Shown piece after piece: positions 38,086 to 48,929 of a stretch of 64,000 nt of DNA. The notes under the pieces were generated by a model. That model was not told the DNA's origin. It was given only the letters and a program-made list of their open reading frames with translations, and did no database searches. Made by a program: the position numbers and the translations under genes. Position 1 is the stretch's first letter; the number at the start of each line of letters is the position of its first letter. Source of the stretch: Nemertoderma westbladi (taxonomy: Eukaryota > Animalia > Xenacoelomorpha); NCBI GenBank assembly GCA_032718475.1, contig JAUCBJ010000941.1, positions 1 to 64,000 on the forward strand, given 5' to 3'.

Positions 38086-39214
38086 AACAGTGTCGGCGTA
38101 CCCAGCAACTTAGCGCCCCCCAGATATCACGGTTAGCCACACATAGTGCCGGCGTACCCAGCAACATACCGGACCCACATCTCGCGGTCCGCCACACACA
38201 GTGTCGGCGGACTCAGCAACATAGCGCCCCAGATCTCGCGGTCAGCCACACACAGTGCCGGCGGACCCAGCAACATAGCGCCCCCAGATCTCGCGGTCAG
38301 CCACGGCGGACCCAGCAACATAGCGCCCCAGATCTAACGGTCAGCCACACACAGTGTCGGCGGACCCAGCAACATAGCGCCCCAGATCTCGCGGTCAGCC
38401 ACACACAGTGCCGGCGGACCCAGCAACATAGCGCCCCCAAATCTCGCGGTCAGCCACGGCGGACCCAGCAACATAGCGCCCCAGATCTCGCGGTCAGCCA
38501 CACACAGTGCCGGCGGACCCAGCAACATAGCGCCCCCAGATCTCGCGGTCAGCCACGGCGGACCCAGCAACATAGCGCCCCAGATCTAACGGTCAGCCAC
38601 ACACAGTGTCGGCGGACCCAGCAACATAGCGCCCCCAGATCTCGCGGTCCGCCATACATAGTGCCGGCGTACCCAGCAATATAGCGGCCCTAGATCTCAC
38701 GGTCAGCCACACACAGTGCCGGCGGACCCAGCAATATAGCGACCCCAGATCTCGCGGCCAGCCACACACAGTGTCGGCGGACCCAGCAACATAGCGCCCC
38801 CAGATCTCGCGGTCCGCCATACATAGTGCCGGCGTACCCAGCAACTTAGCGCCCCCCAGATCTCGCGGTAAGCCACACACAGTGTCGGCGTACCCTGCAA
38901 CATAGCGACCCCAGATCTCACGGTCAGCCACACACAGTGCCGGCGGACCCAGCAACATAGCGCCCCCAGATCTCGCGGTCCGCCATACATAGTGCCGGCG
39001 TACCCAGCAACTTAGCGCCCCCCAGATCTCACGGTTAGCCACACACAGTGCCGGCGTACCCAGCAACTTAGCGCCCCCCAGATCTCACGGTCAGCCACAC
39101 ACAGTGCCGGCGGACCCAGCAACATAGCGCCCCCAGATCTCACGGTCAGCCACACACAGTGCCGGTGGACCCAGCAACATAGCGATCCCAGATCCCACGG
39201 TCAGCCACACAGTG
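38086..39214. repeat. GC-rich ~55-bp minisatellite (with ~42-bp variants) in intron 6
   Basis: CACACAGTGCCGGCGGACCCAGCAACATAGCGCCCCCAGATCTCGCGGTCAGCCA, about 21 copies. Confidence 0.95.
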
Positions 39215-40860
39215 TAACACTCGACGATATAACACTTCATTGCTTATGTGTGAATCATAAACAAAGTTGTTCACCCTGCGCAGCATCCTGGTGTATGTAA
39301 CATCCAGAGACAGGGTGTCTTCAAGCAGTTTGAGCCCCGCATACTGCCTTAGAGCAGCACATTTCCCACCGCTGCACGGAAAAGGCGCACCCTTAAAGTG
39401 CTCTTCCTGCATATCACAGCTCTTCCAGATCCTGCATAGTTGGTGGATGGCAGACCAGGCTTTCCGGCGATCAGGCTTTGAGATCTTGACCAGACCTCCG
39501 AACTCATAATCCAAGGTGGCAGAAAGTTATTCACAGGACTAACCAGTCCATTCAGCGATTGAATGTTATTAAGATTAATTTTCTGGTGGTCTGAGTCCAA
39601 ATGTTTACTGTCAGATTCCTCTACGGTAGATAACAGCTTCTGTGCTCCTTCCAGTGCCTCTGTCAGTAGACCAACGTCATAAGAAGAGTCACGATCGGTT
39701 AGGTGTTCTGATGGAGACACACGACAACGACTACCTGATTTAAAGGATTACCTATATTTCAACCCCATCAGCAATATTAATATCGAGGGTTCATTGCACT
39801 TTAGAACCAGACTTCAAAAGAACCATATCGAGAGATGTCCGCAGCACATTCATGACGTACTTGAGATACGAACCGCCTAACCGCTGCAGACCTCCGAAAT
39901 TTAGTGGGCCATATATATTTATCTTAGTTAAAATCCCTAAAACAGTAGGTCTAGCGTGGCGAAAGTACTTGGCCATAACTATAATTATGTCCTCTTTCAG
40001 ATGAGGCAAATAAAATTAATTAGTTCCAGCAGTTTTCGAATTATGGGGAGTTCATGGCACCCATTTCAGCACCTTCCGGAAATGAAAAAATATACACAAA
40101 ATGCGCGTGAAGACTTTGGTAATAACCATTATGATTTTTTGGTGTGTTGAATTGATTTCATTATTAATAATCAAAGGTGAGATTAGAAGTCAAAACACCG
40201 ACTTAAAATAGACAGTAGACACTAGGTTATTATTAATAATGAATTATTCAACACAACAAAAATCATATGATTATATCAAAGTCTTTAAAGGAAGGGGTAC
40301 TTTTTTCAATTCCAAAAGGCGCTGATATTGGTGCTAGGAACTCCTCATATCTCGAAAACTGCTGGAGCTATTCAATTTTTATTTGCCTCATCTGAAAGAG
40401 GAGATAATTCTAGTTATGGCCAAGTACTTTCGACGCGCTAGACCTACTGTTTTAGGGACTCTAACTAAGATAAATAACTGGAACACTAAATTTAGGAGCT
40501 GTACAGCGGCTTGGCGGGTCGTATGTAGGTCATGACACATAGTCCACCACAATATTGAAGAGGAAGTGGTCTAATGTCTCCTTGAAGGACCCCAGCGAAC
40601 CTCAAATGGGTCTGTGTCTCCATCGGTGATGGATACAAAGGTCGTGGAACCGTCATAAACAGATCTGATTGCATTAGTGATCTCATTGGGAATCCCATAT
40701 GCCAAAAGAATTTGGAACATGCGTGGGAGTTCACAGAACGAAGGCTTTGAAGAAGTCCTGAAATAAGTCCTCTTTCTTTGTAGACACTTCTTCAATAATC
40801 CTTGGATGGCATCAACGGCACCTTTACCTTTTCGAAACCCATTCTGAATCCCACGGAACA
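39215..40860 (-). mobile_element. Degraded non-LTR retrotransposon (RTE-like) RT fragment, interrupted by a MITE
   Basis: QNGFRKG, ILLAYGIP, GVLQGD, VVDYV|LRTSLD, AQKLLSTVE, AWSAIHQL, LKVRLFRAAV-like and YTRMLR in RT order, with frameshifts. Confidence 0.85.
39850..40535. mobile_element. 686-bp near-palindromic MITE with TCATGA termini and 5-bp TSD (CACAT)
   Basis: CACAT at 39845-39849 and 40536-40540; arms are reverse-complementary over ~300 bp; removing it restores the LINE frame DYVLRTSLD. Confidence 0.88.
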
Positions 40861-41193
40861 CATTAATTGATAAATTTAATTTATTTTTTCTCACGAGAAT
40901 AATAAACTAAAATCACGAACAATGCTTAAATTATATATTCAACAAAAATCAAATTAATTGTATATTCACAAAAAGGGATTGAAGCCAGTGATCTTCATTT
41001 TAACTTCGGAACTATATTATTCGCTAGCATTATTTGCCTGAGCTGTTTTGTTCTTGTTAATTCTTTATAGAGCTACAACTTTTATTGATTAATATGGTCG
41101 GGGCCGGGCGAACTCAACACTAACTAATTATAACACATCAATAATATTATATTAGGTACATAAGATTAATTAAGATCAAATTGCCAAACGAAC

Positions 41194-41238
41194 CTGTCTA
41201 AAGAAAACAACTGTTGTAATAATTTGTTGAGCTTCGTC
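41194..41238 (-). CDS. CTLD-nAChR gene, exon 6 (45 bp): loop D
   Basis: aattacag / GTTCGT; DEAQQIITTVVFFRQ, matching the conserved 45-bp DEKNQVLTTNIWLQM exon. Confidence 0.92.
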
Positions 41239-41619
41239 CTGTAATTGCAAAAAAATATCATTTAATTTGGAAATAAATAAATATAATTAGTAGACACTAT
41301 ACAATAATTCACAGTGTTAGTATAAAAAAATTTAATAAATAAATAAATAAAATAAATTAATCTTCCCGATTCTTTATTAAGGGTAGACAGAGAGTTTTGC
41401 GCGGGAAAGTTCAAACTTTGAAGGCAAATAATAATTATCGCCTACAATTATTGTGGCTAATTGTGTCTTTCGTGAAATTAAGATTATCCCTGGTGGTCGC
41501 TACAGGGCGAAGTAATATGTCAAGCCTTTTAGAAGACCACAAGGTCGAGGTGGGAGTGGGTCTGTACCCCCCCCCCCCCCCCCCACCCCCAACTTTAAAT
41601 CAGTAAAAATTTGACTTAC

Positions 41620-41765
41620 CATTTCCAGAACTCTCCTCAGGGCCAACTGTATTTGAACCAATACCGGCCCCGTACCGGTTATTGTGGGTTTCATAAGGTA
41701 TGAGTAAGTAGACTCATCCAACAGCATGTTGGTTAATCTTGTATACGCGGCCAGTTTAGATAAAC
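41620..41765 (-). CDS. CTLD-nAChR gene, exon 5: N-terminal helix and beta1 of the ligand-binding domain
   Basis: ttgattag / GTAAGT; (G)LSKLAAYTRLTNMLLDESTYSYLMKPTITGTGPVLVQIQLALRRVLEM; phase 1 to 0. Confidence 0.9.
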
Positions 41766-41821
41766 CTAATCAAATCAATTGCGAATAGCGAATAAATAGG
41801 GCCTAAGGCAATAAATTGTGG

Positions 41822-41903
41822 TGCGAGGCAGCCACGTACTAATCGAAGCGGTGGCCTCACGATGCGAGGCAGCCACGTACTAATCGAAGCGCTGGCCTCA
41901 CGA
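41822..41903. repeat. 41-bp direct duplication
   Basis: TGCGAGGCAGCCACGTACTAATCGAAGCG(G/C)TGGCCTCACGA twice. Confidence 0.9.
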
Positions 41904-42189
41904 TAAAAAAGCAGCTATTTTACCTGCCGAAAACGAACTGATTAATTTTCCTATCGAGCTTCTGCCATCAAGGTTAATTACACATCAAGAAAAGGAAATT
42001 TACCTATTTTTCGTGAAGGACAAGGCACAATCATAATCTTAAAATGTAATTCATTGACTTCCCCCCTCTAGAAATCACTGCATCTCAAAGTCTAAGTGAA
42101 ATCTACAGTGTTTACGAGTTCCGCGTCTCCCAGTACCGACCATTGATCGAACGGGCCGATTTCCATTTCGGCTCGGCTCGGCTCTACAT

Positions 42190-42600
42190 TATCCCGCCAT
42201 CCGGGTTGCCGCATTTCTCACGACTCGTCTCCATATGGGCAGCTATCCATGAGGTAGAATGCGCGGCTAGATGCACGGCTCGCTTCAGGTATAGTTTACG
42301 ATAAGATATAATCAATACTTTGTTGGCAGGAGTACGGTCTGATAAAGCTGTCCCGTGTAGTGTCACTATTGTTCCACTCCCATCGGGACAAAAGGTTAAG
42401 TCTTGAATTCTTAAATACTAAAGTTTCATGCCCGGTACTATGTACCTCACGTTGTCTTGGATGTCTGTTTGATTGTTACGATAAGTTCCATTGGGGAGTA
42501 AGACCCGCCACCTGCGCTCAAGTTCGACCGCGAATGTCACCAGGAGAGATAGGTTCCAGGAGAAATAGGCCTCGTAACAGAAAGGATCAGGTTTGTAAAG
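42190..42600 (-). mobile_element. Possible degraded DIRS-type tyrosine recombinase fragment in intron 4
   Basis: GC-rich island with SWNLSLLV, LIISYRK and AHSTSW, resembling the DIRS YR motifs SWDLSLVL, LFVSY and AHSTR..SWA; heavily eroded. Confidence 0.4.
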
Positions 42601-43179
42601 TTGCATGACACAGAGGAAGCGTTCACGCAACCAAACTAACAAACGAAAGTTAACAGGTTAGTAAAGGACCAATTACCAAAGGATCTAAATGACGCGTTAC
42701 CATTTAAAGCTGCAGTGGGACCTAATGCGAAAGGTAGGTAGGTTATTTTTAGTAAAAATGGATTAAATTTTTATAATTTCTAGGGAAATGTGATGATTAC
42801 ATGTAATGGATGCAAAATTAATAGTAGTTATTATTTTAAGTGGAAATACAATTAAACATAAATAGTGGAGAATAAACTATTCCAAAATAAATATATTCGA
42901 CTAATTTTCTGATTTGAAATGGAACAATAAATAATTCTGTTTACGAGTTCCTGGTTACGAATCTGAGTGACCAGTTACATATTGTTGTAGACAAAATACG
43001 TTTTAAATATTTATTTTCTCCTAAATCTTTTCATTTTCCTACATTTTAGAACTTTCTAAAATAATAATTTTGTTTATTAATATATAATTTCAATCATGAA
43101 GTGAAAAATTAGCGCCACAATATGATGGTTATATACACTTATTCAGTTAAAATTATAATTATATTTTTAATTGACAAAC

Positions 43180-43321
43180 CTTTATATTTGCAGACGTATG
43201 AATTATTTGTGTCGTCAGAACAATCTGAGTATCCCATTATTACTGGCGGGTTTTGAGATATATCTAAATCCTGTTGACATCCTTCGAATTGGCCAAGTCT
43301 ACTCCAAGAAAACTTTGAATC
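43180..43321 (-). CDS. CTLD-nAChR gene, exon 4: C-terminal part of the C-type lectin domain
   Basis: tttttctag / AAG|GTTTGT; DSKFSWSRLGQFEGCQQDLDISQNPPVIMGYSDCSDDTNNSYVCKYK with three CTLD cysteines and terminal YVCK; phase 0 to 1. Confidence 0.88.
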
Positions 43322-43728
43322 CTAGAAAAATATAAAATAATTGTAAACCCAGCGACAGTGTTGAGAGTTTGATAAACCATGTTGCAACGCAGACGAGAAC
43401 ACCGCAAAGATAAAACTCGGAAAAAATGTTATAATCCCATACATTTCTAAAGGGGTCATTTTTTCCGTCAGGACAAAAAGGGTAACCTTAAGGGGGGTGG
43501 GGGGTGGTGGGGTGGTGGTGGTATACCACTAAAACTAAACTAAAGGTAAACTTAATTAAAAGTAAACTAATTTATTTCTTGTATTTTGTTGATTATTTAT
43601 AAGTTGCAACTTAAAAACAAAAGAAGGAAAATATTTAAAAAATTAAAAAACATTTTGAGGACGACATTGCTTACTCATATGGTTCGATTGTAATAATATA
43701 CAGGTACTAATATTCCCCTGATACTTAC

Positions 43729-43811
43729 CATTGTGGTTCCATCAGACCAAGTGTTTCTGTTTTTTAGAATATTCACCCAAATCTTTGATAATCCTTTGCT
43801 CTCCAATAATT
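43729..43811 (-). CDS. CTLD-nAChR gene, exon 3: CTLD middle
   Basis: tttttttag / GTAAGT; (E)LLESKGLSKIWVNILKNRNTWSDGTTM, with WIGL-equivalent WVNI and WSDGT; phase 1 to 0. Confidence 0.88.
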
Positions 43812-44059
43812 CTAAAAAAATAACGAAAATTTTAAATTTGTAAGGTGCGGGTGCGGTTGGGTATCATAACATAACAGAACTTAACGCAAACCTCTTGAAC
43901 TAATTAAAAACTATAATGGAATGGGATGTGGGCTTTCCAGCTGTATAATAATTTGTAAGTATATACAATTAATTTACTAAATGTACTCTTATAAATTTAT
44001 TATAATAGAAAATAATTAATTACCATGAATGAACACGCTTAAAATGCCATCTTTTACAT

Positions 44060-44668
44060 ACTTGTGTGTAACGTAGCACTTTACAGTGTGATGATCCGAG
44101 TGGCTTTGTTACACGAACGAACGTTAGTGAGTGAGTGAAAATAAAGCCACGAGGATCTGAACACTGTAAAAGTACTTTGCAACAAGTATGTATGTAGTTT
44201 TATTCCAAAATTATAACATTACGAAATGATTGTATATATATTATAAGTGATAGAAACTGCACAAATTAAATTAGTTGCTGTATAAATAAATGTAAAAATG
44301 ACATAAATTATGTTATAAATAAGTTAGCTTATACTTTATTTGGAGCCATGTTATAATGATATAGCTAGGCCCTACTGGTTATTAATAGCTATACCGCCTA
44401 CCGGTAGGTATTGCAGTAGCCCTATCTGGCTGTCAGGCAAATTTCCACCTATTGTTTACGTGGTAACCCATATCGACATTAAGTAATGTCCCCTTAGTAG
44501 ACATTACTTAACGCCGCCAATGGTTTCCACGTAAACAATAACACCAATACAATACTAATTGGACAGGCCAATACAATGCTGCAATGTCCTCTAAAGTTGT
44601 AAAGTGCTAAATAACAACTCGCTGTTAATACTAACGGCGATGAGTAATGTTACAATTTTGGAATAAAA
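44060..44668. mobile_element. Adjacent and nested inverted-repeat element(s) in intron 2
   Basis: Hairpin 44060-44186 (CACTTTACAGTGT...GTGGCTTT / AAAGCCAC...ACACTGTAAAAGT); outer pair TTTTATTCCAAAATT 44198 / AATTTTGGAATAAAA 44654; inner pair ATTGTTTACGTGG 44451 / CCACGTAAACAAT 44527. Confidence 0.7.
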
Positions 44669-44735
44669 TATATTTATTAATAATAAGATAACAAAAACAG
44701 ACAGGACAAAAACAATGAACGTAGGACTGGCCCAC

Positions 44736-44894
44736 CTTTAATAAAGTCAGCCTCCCCTTGCTCTTCATTATTGATAGTAAGCAAACTCGCATCGTAAAGT
44801 TCACAAGCCGATGCGGCCCCTGTGTATGTTAAGGCGGATTCAAATAGTTTGTAACAGTAGCCCTCGTAAAGTTGCCAACCCTCCAGACATTCAA
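44736..44894 (-). CDS. CTLD-nAChR gene, exon 2: N-terminal part of a long-form CTLD
   Basis: tacctgcag / AAG|GTGGGC; ECLEGWQLYEGYCYKLFESALTYTGAASACELYDASLLTINNEEQGEADFIK, the classic C-x2-GW-x6-CY...A...C...L.TI...E...FI pattern; phase 1 to 1. Confidence 0.92.
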
Positions 44895-46132
44895 CTGCAG
44901 GTAAACAATTATTGTTAACAATAAATATAAGTACTAGTCTTAAAAAATAATGATTTATTCGGCCATTAAGCCAGGGATTACAAACAAAATTAGTCTCACG
45001 ACTAATTTCCAGCCAAAATGTATCAGGTACTCATTTAGCTACCATTTAAAGATGTAATGCAGAGATGCGGCGGCTGCGACCTGGCTGGTTCCTTTATAGC
45101 ATTCGTGCCGAAACGAAAACTACCCAGCCCCCCACCCCCCCCCCCATGCGGGGACCGAACTCAGAAGATATTCGAACCGATTAAAATCCTAAATTTATTT
45201 TCGATAGTGTAGTTTAGTTTAATAACGTAGGAGAAACAAAGCTAGATACATGATGCGTTAATTTTACAATCTTGATACGCATGGCAGATGTTATTTTGTG
45301 ATTTCCAATCACAACTAATAGAATACGCACTGTTATAAGACTTAAAGTTCCCTGAAAATTATAAGAGATTTTGAAGATATCCGATAATTTGTATATTCCG
45401 TGCCGAGTTCAAGTTTGAGTGCGAATATTGTAGCGGGGCATAAAGTGGGTTCATACACTGATCTTATCCTGACCTTATGATATCATACAATTCAACCATT
45501 CGTTAAACTATACAATAGTTGGAAAAAGGTTTGTAAATTAATTTGAAATTCGGTCGGTATCAGATAGGGTATATTTCGAAAACTATTCTCAAAACTTTGT
45601 GGTCGCAAACGAGCCCCCCCCCTCACCCCCCGGGGGGGGGGGGGGGGGGGGGGGGGGGAATTGCGCGCATTCCACACATCCGAAAATTCAGTGTTGCTTC
45701 TGGAGCCTGTACTCTGTACTCTGTAGTCTCACAAAGCTGTACTCTGTGAGTTATAAAGGCATATAAAAGGATAAATAAACAGTTCTGCCCTGCCCTTCAT
45801 GCCATACCCACCATTAAAGCGGAAAATTTGAATTCATCAAAGAACAAACAAGTTTCTGAATGTTGTTTTTCTAAATAGCTATTGTATATGAACGAAATTC
45901 AAAACAGATCACTCGCACTCAATAATTAATTTGAATAATTAATTAATATTGACTTAAATTAAATATAAAATACTCAAGAACATTATTCCTACATCATTAT
46001 ATTTTTCTTAAAATTGCATTGCATAAAATTTACAGATAGGGGGGGGGGGGGGGGGGGGGGACTTTCGACGCAAGCAAAATTAATCCCTCTCCAGGGCAAT
46101 TCTAAGCAAATATTAATTGTTTACTCCCAAAA

Positions 46133-46296
46133 GTAAAGGTGTAACCTGTTCTATTGACTTTAGTTTATTGCTTTGGTTAGAATAATGTGCCAGGTGCCAC
46201 TGTAACCTGCTCCTTTCCCAAAATTGATAATTTAAAATTGAGGCAGGACAATAATTCGCCGAGATTAGATTTGCTACCAGTTACCCTCCTGTCTCA
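46133..46296 (+). repeat. Dispersed repeat, second copy at about 54350-54485
   Basis: GTAACCTGTTCTATTG...TTAGTTTATTG...CTGTAACCTGCTCCTTTCCC...ATTGAGGC is shared by both sites. Confidence 0.8.
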
Positions 46297-46403
46297 AAAA
46301 TTAAGACGCAATTTTCCTAATGTTATTGTGAAAAGTGTAGGTTTTTGAATAATATTGAATAATATAAGCTATTCAGTATTTTTGTGTAATAAGTTTCACT
46401 TAC

Positions 46404-46512
46404 CTAATGGTCTGTTATCTATTGCCTCAAACTTTTCAAGCTCCTCATTAGTATACTCACAAACAGCAATAAGTGCTGATGAAAACAACAAAATATATCC
46501 AAAAAATAACAT
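46404..46512 (-). CDS. CTLD-nAChR gene, exon 1: signal peptide
   Basis: MLFFGYILLFSSALIAVCEYTNEELEKFEAIDNRPL, then AG|GTAAGT (phase 1). An alternative phase-1 donor GTGAGT lies at 46460. Start codon is tentative because the frame stays open upstream. Confidence 0.75.
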
Positions 46513-47059
46513 AATAAAATATTTAAAAATAGTTTTATATACGTAAATTGAGAATAAAACCGAAATATTTGTACCAATGTAGTTACAGTTCTTGGTAGAG
46601 GCTAACAGCTGATGGAAGTGAGTCGGAAATTACTTAATTCCTGTTGGTTGATAGCAGGGAGCACTTACTTACTCAGTACCCTGTCTGTACTCAGTACTGT
46701 TGTAGTTAATTTTACTCCGTGAAGGATTAAGGGGTGGGTGGGGGGAGATGGGTGTCATTCGTTATGTATGTGCTTTCATATATTATATTTTTTAATCAAC
46801 ACAAACAGTTGTGTGGGAAATCAAGCGAATGGTCGAGAACCCATAACGCACAATCTCCCAAAACAGAGGGGATCAACCCCACCAATATCTAAGCCAAGGG
46901 TTTTTGGAAAAAATATAAATATACATACATCAAAAAGCCACGTATAGAATTAGAAAAGACATGTAGACACTAGTCAGTAGTGGCGTAAATAGGATTTGCG
47001 ATGGGGGTGGGCAAACACAAAAATAAATTTTTTAAAACACCAATAATTGGAGTGTGTGT

Positions 47060-47350
47060 GCAAAGGTATAGCACATGAAGACAGAAGACAATGATAGGTG
47101 CGTAAACGTATAGCACATGAAGACAGAAGACAATGATAGGTGCGCAAACGTATAGCACATGAAGACAGAAGACAATGATAGGTGCGCAAAGGTATAGCAC
47201 ATGAAGACAGAAGACAATGATAGGTGCGCAAACGTATAGCACATGAAGACAGAAGACAATGATAGGTGCGCAAACGTATAGCACATGAAGACAGAAGACA
47301 ATGATAGGTGCGCAAACGTATAGCACATGAAGACAGAAGACAATGATAGG
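47060..47350. repeat. 42-bp tandem repeat, about 7 copies
   Basis: GTATAGCACATGAAGACAGAAGACAATGATAGGTGCGCAAAC. Confidence 0.95.
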
Positions 47351-48094
47351 AGGACATTATAGCGTATGAAGGTACGGCTATATATAGTGGAATGCGGCTC
47401 AAGAGATCGAAATTAAAATTTATACAACATTTATACTGAAACAAATTTATACTGGATATATTATTACATTTTTATATTACAGTAGTACTCAATTTATAAT
47501 TTTTAATATTTTTAATTTTTAATTAATTTATTTATTATTTCTAATTTTTAATTAATTTATTTATTATTTTTATTTATTTTTTTGGTATTTTTGTGACGTG
47601 CCTCCGGTTGCGGTATACCTAATAAAGCCGTTGCCCCTCACGCATCCCCTGGTTACGCACTGATTAGGAAGGTTGTATTATTTTTAAACGAATCTTTCTA
47701 AAGATCAGCACGATAATCCGATGTATACAAGTTATTTTGTACCATCCACCAGCATTTTATCGATTTATGAAATTGTTAAGATCGATCCCCAAAGTGTATT
47801 GTTCGGTAAGTAGGGCGCTACCCAGGGAAGTCAGTCACAGATGGCTGGATTTATTAGTACGAGAGCAAAACTGGAAGCCCACATTACAATACATTGCAAT
47901 ACACACTAAGTTTTATATTGCTAAAGCCATGTTCTGTAAACAACTAGCGCACTGTTGAGTATGACAGCCCCACCAGAAAGCGAGCGGTAAATGAGCTTGG
48001 TAACTGGTACGGCCACTGTGAACGCAGGTAATTGAGCGGTAAGTCGGTAGTATTTTGACTGCAGCGCCAGTATACCCCTAATTATCATCAGTTT

Positions 48095-48240
48095 TCTTTT
48101 GGTACAGCTATTCAAATTCGGCAATGACGTCCTCCAGGTGGGATCGAACTGGTGACCTCCGGGTTGGAAGTCTGACGCTCTAACCATTCCGCTAGGGGCT
48201 CAGGTAATAGGTAGACCTGGAAATACTACCTGATACCTCG
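48095..48240 (-). mobile_element. tRNA-derived SINE-like repeat, copy 1
   Basis: Minus strand TAGCGGAATGGTTAGAGCGTCAGACTTCCAACCCGGAGGTCACCAGTTCGATCCC (boxes A and B); homologous to 48405-48540 and 49411-49615. Confidence 0.75.
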
Positions 48241-48248
48241 TATGTCCG

Positions 48249-48396
48249 CAATTAACCTCCTCGTGGCCTCCCATCTGTCAATACCATCATCTTAATGATG
48301 ATGGTATCCAATGGTATCATCTTAATGATGATGGTATTCCATACCCTCATCTTAATGATGGCATTGACAGATGAGAGGCGAGGAGGACGTAAATTG
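48249..48396. mobile_element. Small hairpin MITE with three internal CATCTTAATGATG near-palindromes
   Basis: CCTCCTCGTGGCCTCCCATCTGTCAAT vs ATTGACAGATGAGAGGCGAGGAGG. Confidence 0.7.
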
Positions 48397-48404
48397 AATG
48401 GCTT

Positions 48405-48540
48405 GACGGAATGGTTAGACTTCCAACACTAGAGGTCACAAGTTCGATCCCACCTGGATGTCATTGCCGACTTTGTAAAGCTGTGCCCAACGAAAGGGAT
48501 AATAATATGAAACCACTCATTCACACAAAACACCAGAATA
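48405..48540 (+). mobile_element. tRNA-derived SINE-like repeat, copy 2 (partial)
   Basis: GGAATGGTTAGACTTCCAACACTAGAGGTCACAAGTTCGATCCCACCTGGATGTCATTGCCGAC. Confidence 0.7.
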
Positions 48541-48929
48541 GCAATAATTATGATTACTATACATCCAAATACCCTTTGTCCTTATTGGCGGCCATTAAGG
48601 ACACTTAATAAAGACCTCAATATACAGGGTGAAAACTTTATCGTCAACTGGAGTTACTGTGAAGAAATCAAAAAATCGATTTGTCATTTAAAGTCATCAG
48701 AAGCTAAATTGCAAACTTTGTATTTTAATCGGATTGGACATAAATTGTGTGTCCTGAATATAGATGGCCACTGAAGCTGTTATCTATTTGGAGTATAAAT
48801 AAACAGGGCATTAGCATTTAGCCTCCTGTTTAAGGTTTTTTAGTGGATGTAATACAAATTTCTAAAAAGTTGCCCTACCCCCACCCAACATTATCTACCC
48901 CCAATCGGTGGTAGTAAAAATAACGGAAA

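Noticed and set aside
42004-42040. Alternative first exon or mini-exon for the channel (MIVPCPSRKI, AG|GTAAAT)
   Set aside because: It is not a signal peptide, and as a 34-nt internal exon it would shift the frame.
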